A stretch of 64,000 nucleotides of DNA from Macrostomum hystrix (lineage: Eukaryota > Animalia > Platyhelminthes). The DNA lies in NCBI GenBank assembly GCA_950097015.1, contig CATNEN010000039.1:7812001-7876000 (forward strand), read 5' to 3'. Position 1 is the first letter of the stretch, and each line of letters starts with the position of its first letter. Position numbers and translations under genes: made by a program. This document shows, piece after piece, positions 59,400 to 64,000 of the stretch. The notes beneath the pieces are model-generated. The model saw nothing but the letters and a program-made list of their open reading frames with translations, made no database searches and was not told where the DNA came from.

Positions 59400-60823
59400 C
59401 AGACTCAACTCAGAATACTTTTGTCCATGAAAAGCAGTTGTCAATCTTCTCTATTTTCACTTGCCACGATCAAAATTGACCAGCTGGACCTCAAGAATTC
59501 CCTAAACTTTTTTCTCGTTCCCCATTTCTTACTCGATGCTTGATTTTCTGCGGATACGAGCATTTTGTATTGCACATGAGAGCTAACTTACAGAATCACT
59601 GTCTTTTTTATAGCACTGCAGTTACATATAGCTTGTCCCTTTGAAACTACTGACAGTCACCGCTTTCGCATTTTTACTTTGCTCGTGTTAAAAATAAAAT
59701 ACATAAATTTCAAAATAGAATTCCGTGTTGCTCCTGCTTAATTAGCGTCAAGGATGTTCAGGTGCATGTTTGGTATCGTTGTGCAAACAATGCCACGAGC
59801 CACTTATTGCTTACGCACTTGTAGCTAAAACATTGACAATTTAAACTCGCGCGCTTTTTATTGAACTTTAAAAAACACCGCTCCCACTCGTTTATTCATT
59901 ATTCAACTTTATAGTTTTTCCTTCTTGCAATGCCGCTTCTGCAGTTTGCAACAAGCGAACTATGAGAACGAAATGCTTGGAACAAATGCTGACAAATTAA
60001 CGTTTCCAGCTCCAGGTACGAATGTCTTGCCTGACGAAACAGAAAAATTTCTCTCAAGCTAATAATTTTCTGCTGAAGTGCTTCTTGTTGTCAAATATGA
60101 AACATCTGGTTAAAAATCAAGCAAAATTTTCTAGTATTTCTTAATGCGTTATAAAAGTACATTCGAGTTAATTTCTGTTTTAATCCACCGGCTAAATAAA
60201 TAAAGTGTTGAGCATTACGAATTGAAGCTTTGAATCAAGCTATAGCCTTTGAGTTAATCATTGCGTCATTCATTATTTCTCTTGCACCGCATAATCTGTT
60301 GCGAGCTGTCTCGCCTGTATTCTCACAATGTTTTAAGGAGACGGTATTCTTTATAGCTTTATTCTACCACTTTGTCAAGGCAACTGCCCCGTTAAGGCAA
60401 GCTGAGGGTCCTTCTACTTTAACGTGTCTACCTGCCCGGGTGTTCTCGGAATAACTAGTGCTAGTAGCCCCATGATTTAGAGTTCACTGTATAGAGGGCG
60501 AATGGGAACAATCAATCCAGAAGTGCAACTAAGCTCTTTAATAATTTGTTACTGCGCCAAAAAAGGTTGACTATTTGCACATGTACGTTTTCAATCGAAG
60601 GCCTTATAATAAGGCACAAAAAATGATCACTGCCAAGAAAATTTATAATTAGTCTTTATAAGTCTGTTCCTAATCTACTTTAAATAACGTTAGCTCATGT
60701 ACTTTGTTTAGCAGCCTTCAGTGCTAGACTAAAATCCTTTTTTAAGGGCGTCTCGAACCTGCTTGAAAAAATACCGCAGATTATCGGTCAGTGTTAGGAT
60801 AAAACCTGTTTCAAAAAGCATCC

Positions 60824-61891
60824 TCAACATTTTAGGGCCAGTTCACGAAACTCCGCGACCGAAAGAGCCACTGGGGCGAAGGCGAAGCAGACGATGGTGC
60901 CTCTCAGACAAGTTGAGTCCGACTCCCCCGCGGTTCCCAGACGGATCTCCCTGAAGACAATGTCGGAGCGGAGCTGGTAGTTGGAGTTGTACGGACTCAC
61001 AGGGTAGACGCTGCCGTTGAAGAACACACTGAAAGCTGCAGATGAGTTGCTGTAGCTCCAGCCGACAGTCAGTTTCTGCTGCGGACTCACGGGCAATGAG
61101 CTCTCGTAGGCCACGGTCTGAGTGAACAGGTTGGCGAACCGGATGGAGCTGCCGTAGAAGTAGGCGAATGCGCTGAACAAGCTCGTTTGACTTACTGATG
61201 GCACAACTCTAAGCAGGTGCATCAGACTGAATGATGGCAAGCTCGGCATGCCTCGAATGCTGAAGAAGACGGAAAACTCTCTGCTGGGAAAGGCGAAAGC
61301 CTGAAAGCCCGGCGCCTCCAGACCGATGCTCACGAAGGAGTCGAGAGAGCCGGGCAGCGAGGCGCCCGAGGAGTTGCGGACGGCGTTTCCAGCGAAGCGA
61401 GCCGGAGCGGAGAGCGGCGAGCCTCGACCGACGTAGCCGAGGTTTCGGTCGGAGACGCGGAAGTCAAAGAAGGCGGCCAGTCGTGAGCCGAGCTGCCAGC
61501 CAGTCGATCCGGAGTCGTCGCGCCTCAGCAGCGTCGCCACGCAGTCGCCGCGGGCCGCCGTGTCGGTCGCCTCGGCCTCTGAGGCGGGTCTTAGCAGCTC
61601 GGAGGACATTTCACAGAGTCTTGCGACGAAGCGAAACTGGACGACAGCGCAGACGGTCGGTCGCAGAGCGCAGGCCAGCGCACAGGAGTGCAGGTCGTTG
61701 ATTCCCGTCAGGAGCAGCGCATCTCGCAGACGCACCTGTCTCTGTGCTTCAGCGTCCGGTACGCAGTTGTCGCTGTGCAGCGGCTGCAGCGAGTGGAGCA
61801 CCTGGTTTCTGCAGTCACCGTTGCTGTTGACATTGGCGGATGCATTAGAGACGTGAATAATTAAAGCAACTATGGTTAGCCCGCTAAGCAT
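60824..61891 (-). CDS. Intronless secreted protein, 355 aa: signal peptide + PAN/Apple-like domain + LamG/ConA/pentraxin-like domain
   Basis: MLSGLTIVALIIHVSNASA signal; C-x3-C-x5-C...C pattern (SCALACALRPTVC...LCEM); C-terminal beta-rich region with FSVFFNG, IRLG, LRGTI..F.F...ALS..E and a terminal Cys; TTTTCCAG acceptor 12 nt before the ATG. Confidence 0.72.
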   Translation of the reverse strand: MLSGLTIVALIIHVSNASANVNSNGDCRNQVLHSLQPLHSDNCVPDAEAQRQVRLRDALLLTGINDLHSCALACALRPTVCAVVQFRFVARLCEMSSELLRPASEAEATDTAARGDCVATLLRRDDSGSTGWQLGSRLAAFFDFRVSDRNLGYVGRGSPLSAPARFAGNAVRNSSGASLPGSLDSFVSIGLEAPGFQAFAFPSREFSVFFSIRGMPSLPSFSLMHLLRVVPSVSQTSLFSAFAYFYGSSIRFANLFTQTVAYESSLPVSPQQKLTVGWSYSNSSAAFSVFFNGSVYPVSPYNSNYQLRSDIVFREIRLGTAGESDSTCLRGTIVCFAFAPVALSVAEFRELALKC

Positions 61892-64000
61892 GGTTTGAAG
61901 AGTCTGGAAAATTTTCTGTTTGGAGTTCTTCTTTACTGCTAGTCTCTCCGGGCGTACCAGAAATCTTGAGGAAAGCAGCAAAAAATTTTAACCCTTTTTT
62001 GGAAGGTTTTATGTTCTCTGGTAGCCAATCGGTTCTTTCAATAGTTTGTTTGGCTCCCTGTATGAGAGCTGCCACCTCATTTTGCTGTTAATATTTATTA
62101 GAGGTATCTTAATTGCCAGAGCAAAATTTTCTTTATGGATTAAAAAAGTTGAATCTCTCCGAGTTTCTAATGTGCTGATTGGCTAATATTTGCTAAAGTA
62201 AGCCTATTGCGTGTTTAAAATAAGCAAATTAAGAGTAAGGTTTTTGTTCTCTGTATTTCATGATTTTAATCGTTGATATATGGGCACAACAGAGTTTGGA
62301 TGAAGTGTGTGTGGTTAAAGAGTAGTATACAATCGTAGCTAACAGCTTCAATGTCTTGAGTGTGGTGTGAGATTAGGGTTCTTTCGTTACTTTCTCTAAT
62401 CCTAATCTCTACGTTCAGATACAAATATATGGATACGAAGTTCAACATACTGCTTCTTAACCAAACTTGTTAGAAAGTTGGTAAACGTAATAGTTGTCGA
62501 GGCGGATTGTGGGAATCGAATCGTAAATATTCTCTAATATTGATAATCCATTATGTTTACATGATTCCTTCTCTTTTTAAGTTGCACAGTTAAAACCCCA
62601 GCTCTATTACTCCCTCTCACTTTTTAATGATAGCGGACGCAAACTATATAGCGACACAAAAGCTACAAGCGACTACCTAAAGTAACCTTTTGACTTGTTG
62701 TATAGTTTTGTACGACCTTAAATTATAATTAATGGTTTCTCTCATTTAATGTTTTTGCTTCGTGTTGATGTGGCCAGCAAACTTTTTCGATTTGGCTGTG
62801 CGTGTTCCAAGCAATAAAACAACTTTTCATTCGCGACTACACGCCAAGATTGGCAGAAATAGATTTCTTACTTTAATTTCTTGCTCTTTTGCCTTTACCT
62901 AATTTAAACTATTTAAAGTCATTGTTGTACCAATATTGTCTGTTACTATCTTACATATGTTTGAAGTAGCATTTTAACTTGCGATTAGCTTCTTCTATCA
63001 TGCGATCTTGTGAAATGTAAATTCTGCAAATATATAGATAGCCATTCGCACCATTTGTCGATTGGCTGTTGACGACTTAGTCTATTATTTTATATTGTTT
63101 TGTTGCCATTTTTTAATTGGGTGTTACATCTTCGTCGGTAAACGGTTTACCCTTGAAAACGCTTAACTGACTGGAATAACCTGTACCTTTAGCCGTTCAA
63201 TCTGCCAGCAGATGGAGGCGCAGGTCCAGCCTGCAATACGCTGTCCGGTTTCAAATATTTTTTGGTCTAAAGGAATATTTCAACTTTGTTTATTCATTCG
63301 GTACTGCATTATTATTATATTAACGTTTAACAACTTATAAATAATATGGCATTGACAGTATAAAAATGAGTTAGTATAATTGTATATAATATTTATCTAT
63401 AAATTATATATGCCCAATTATGTCAGAATATATCCCACTTAAAAGCAGTAGCTCAGATTTTTCAAGCTTGTCTTCTGAGTAATAATTTTGACAACAGTAA
63501 ACCAAGCAAAACGTGCTTAATTTCTTATCCAGTAAAATTAGTTATTTTACTGTACTACTTCAGTTTCGAAACTTTAATTTTAAATATTTCTGAGTAAATA
63601 ATATTTTTTCAGAGCCACTTAAAGTTTTTTGTATGTGTCAGCTTTGATTAAAACCGGATAAAACTTACAATACCATCTTGTCAGAGAGCAATCTAGTGAA
63701 ATAGCCATTGTCAGCATGAACCTGTGATTCCATGAATTCACCGACACTCTTAGAAATGTAACCAATTCTAAGAATATTAACTTAATTGTAAGCTTTTTCA
63801 TTAAAAATCATAGTGAAAAAACATTATAAGTAAACATATTTATACTTCTTATTTAACGCTATTAAATATGTAAATCTGCTATCAACATCAAACAAAAATT
63901 ATGCACTTGTTTTACAACACAATGTTCTTTAACCTTACTTTTCTTCAGATTAGCTAAGAAAAAAATTGTTTTACTTAAGCATAAAAGCCAGAATATGAAC

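Overview
Eukaryotic (metazoan) genomic DNA with GT-AG introns, GC-rich exons carrying many CAG/polyQ tracts, AT-rich non-coding DNA and a very high minisatellite load. This style suggests a free-living flatworm such as Macrostomum; that is an inference, not a database result. I reconstructed eight genes by hand with phase-consistent splice sites. Minus strand: a 3'-truncated unknown gene (1..1280), a 13-finger C2H2 zinc-finger gene, a TDP-43-like gene, a type II pantothenate kinase and a secreted PAN+LamG-like protein. Plus strand: ERLEC1/XTP3-B, a PAR/CES-2-like bZIP factor and a DEKA-type voltage-gated sodium channel with only two introns. A ninth, intronless claudin-like gene is nested antisense in an ERLEC1 intron, and there is a small single-TM ORF of uncertain status. 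Mobile DNA comprises two mariner elements, a Tc1 deletion derivative, a decayed Gypsy retrotransposon and two tRNA-derived SINE families (one with a CORE domain). Most interesting: (i) the intron-poor Nav with a domain III pore Thr linked to TTX/STX resistance; (ii) the nested gene; (iii) four co-oriented minus-strand genes each starting just after a splice acceptor (operon/SL trans-splicing candidate); (iv) two related 17-bp satellites in inverted orientation around a small probable exon; (v) an in-frame catalytic-deleted mariner ORF; (vi) inverted SINE pairs flanking coding exons.
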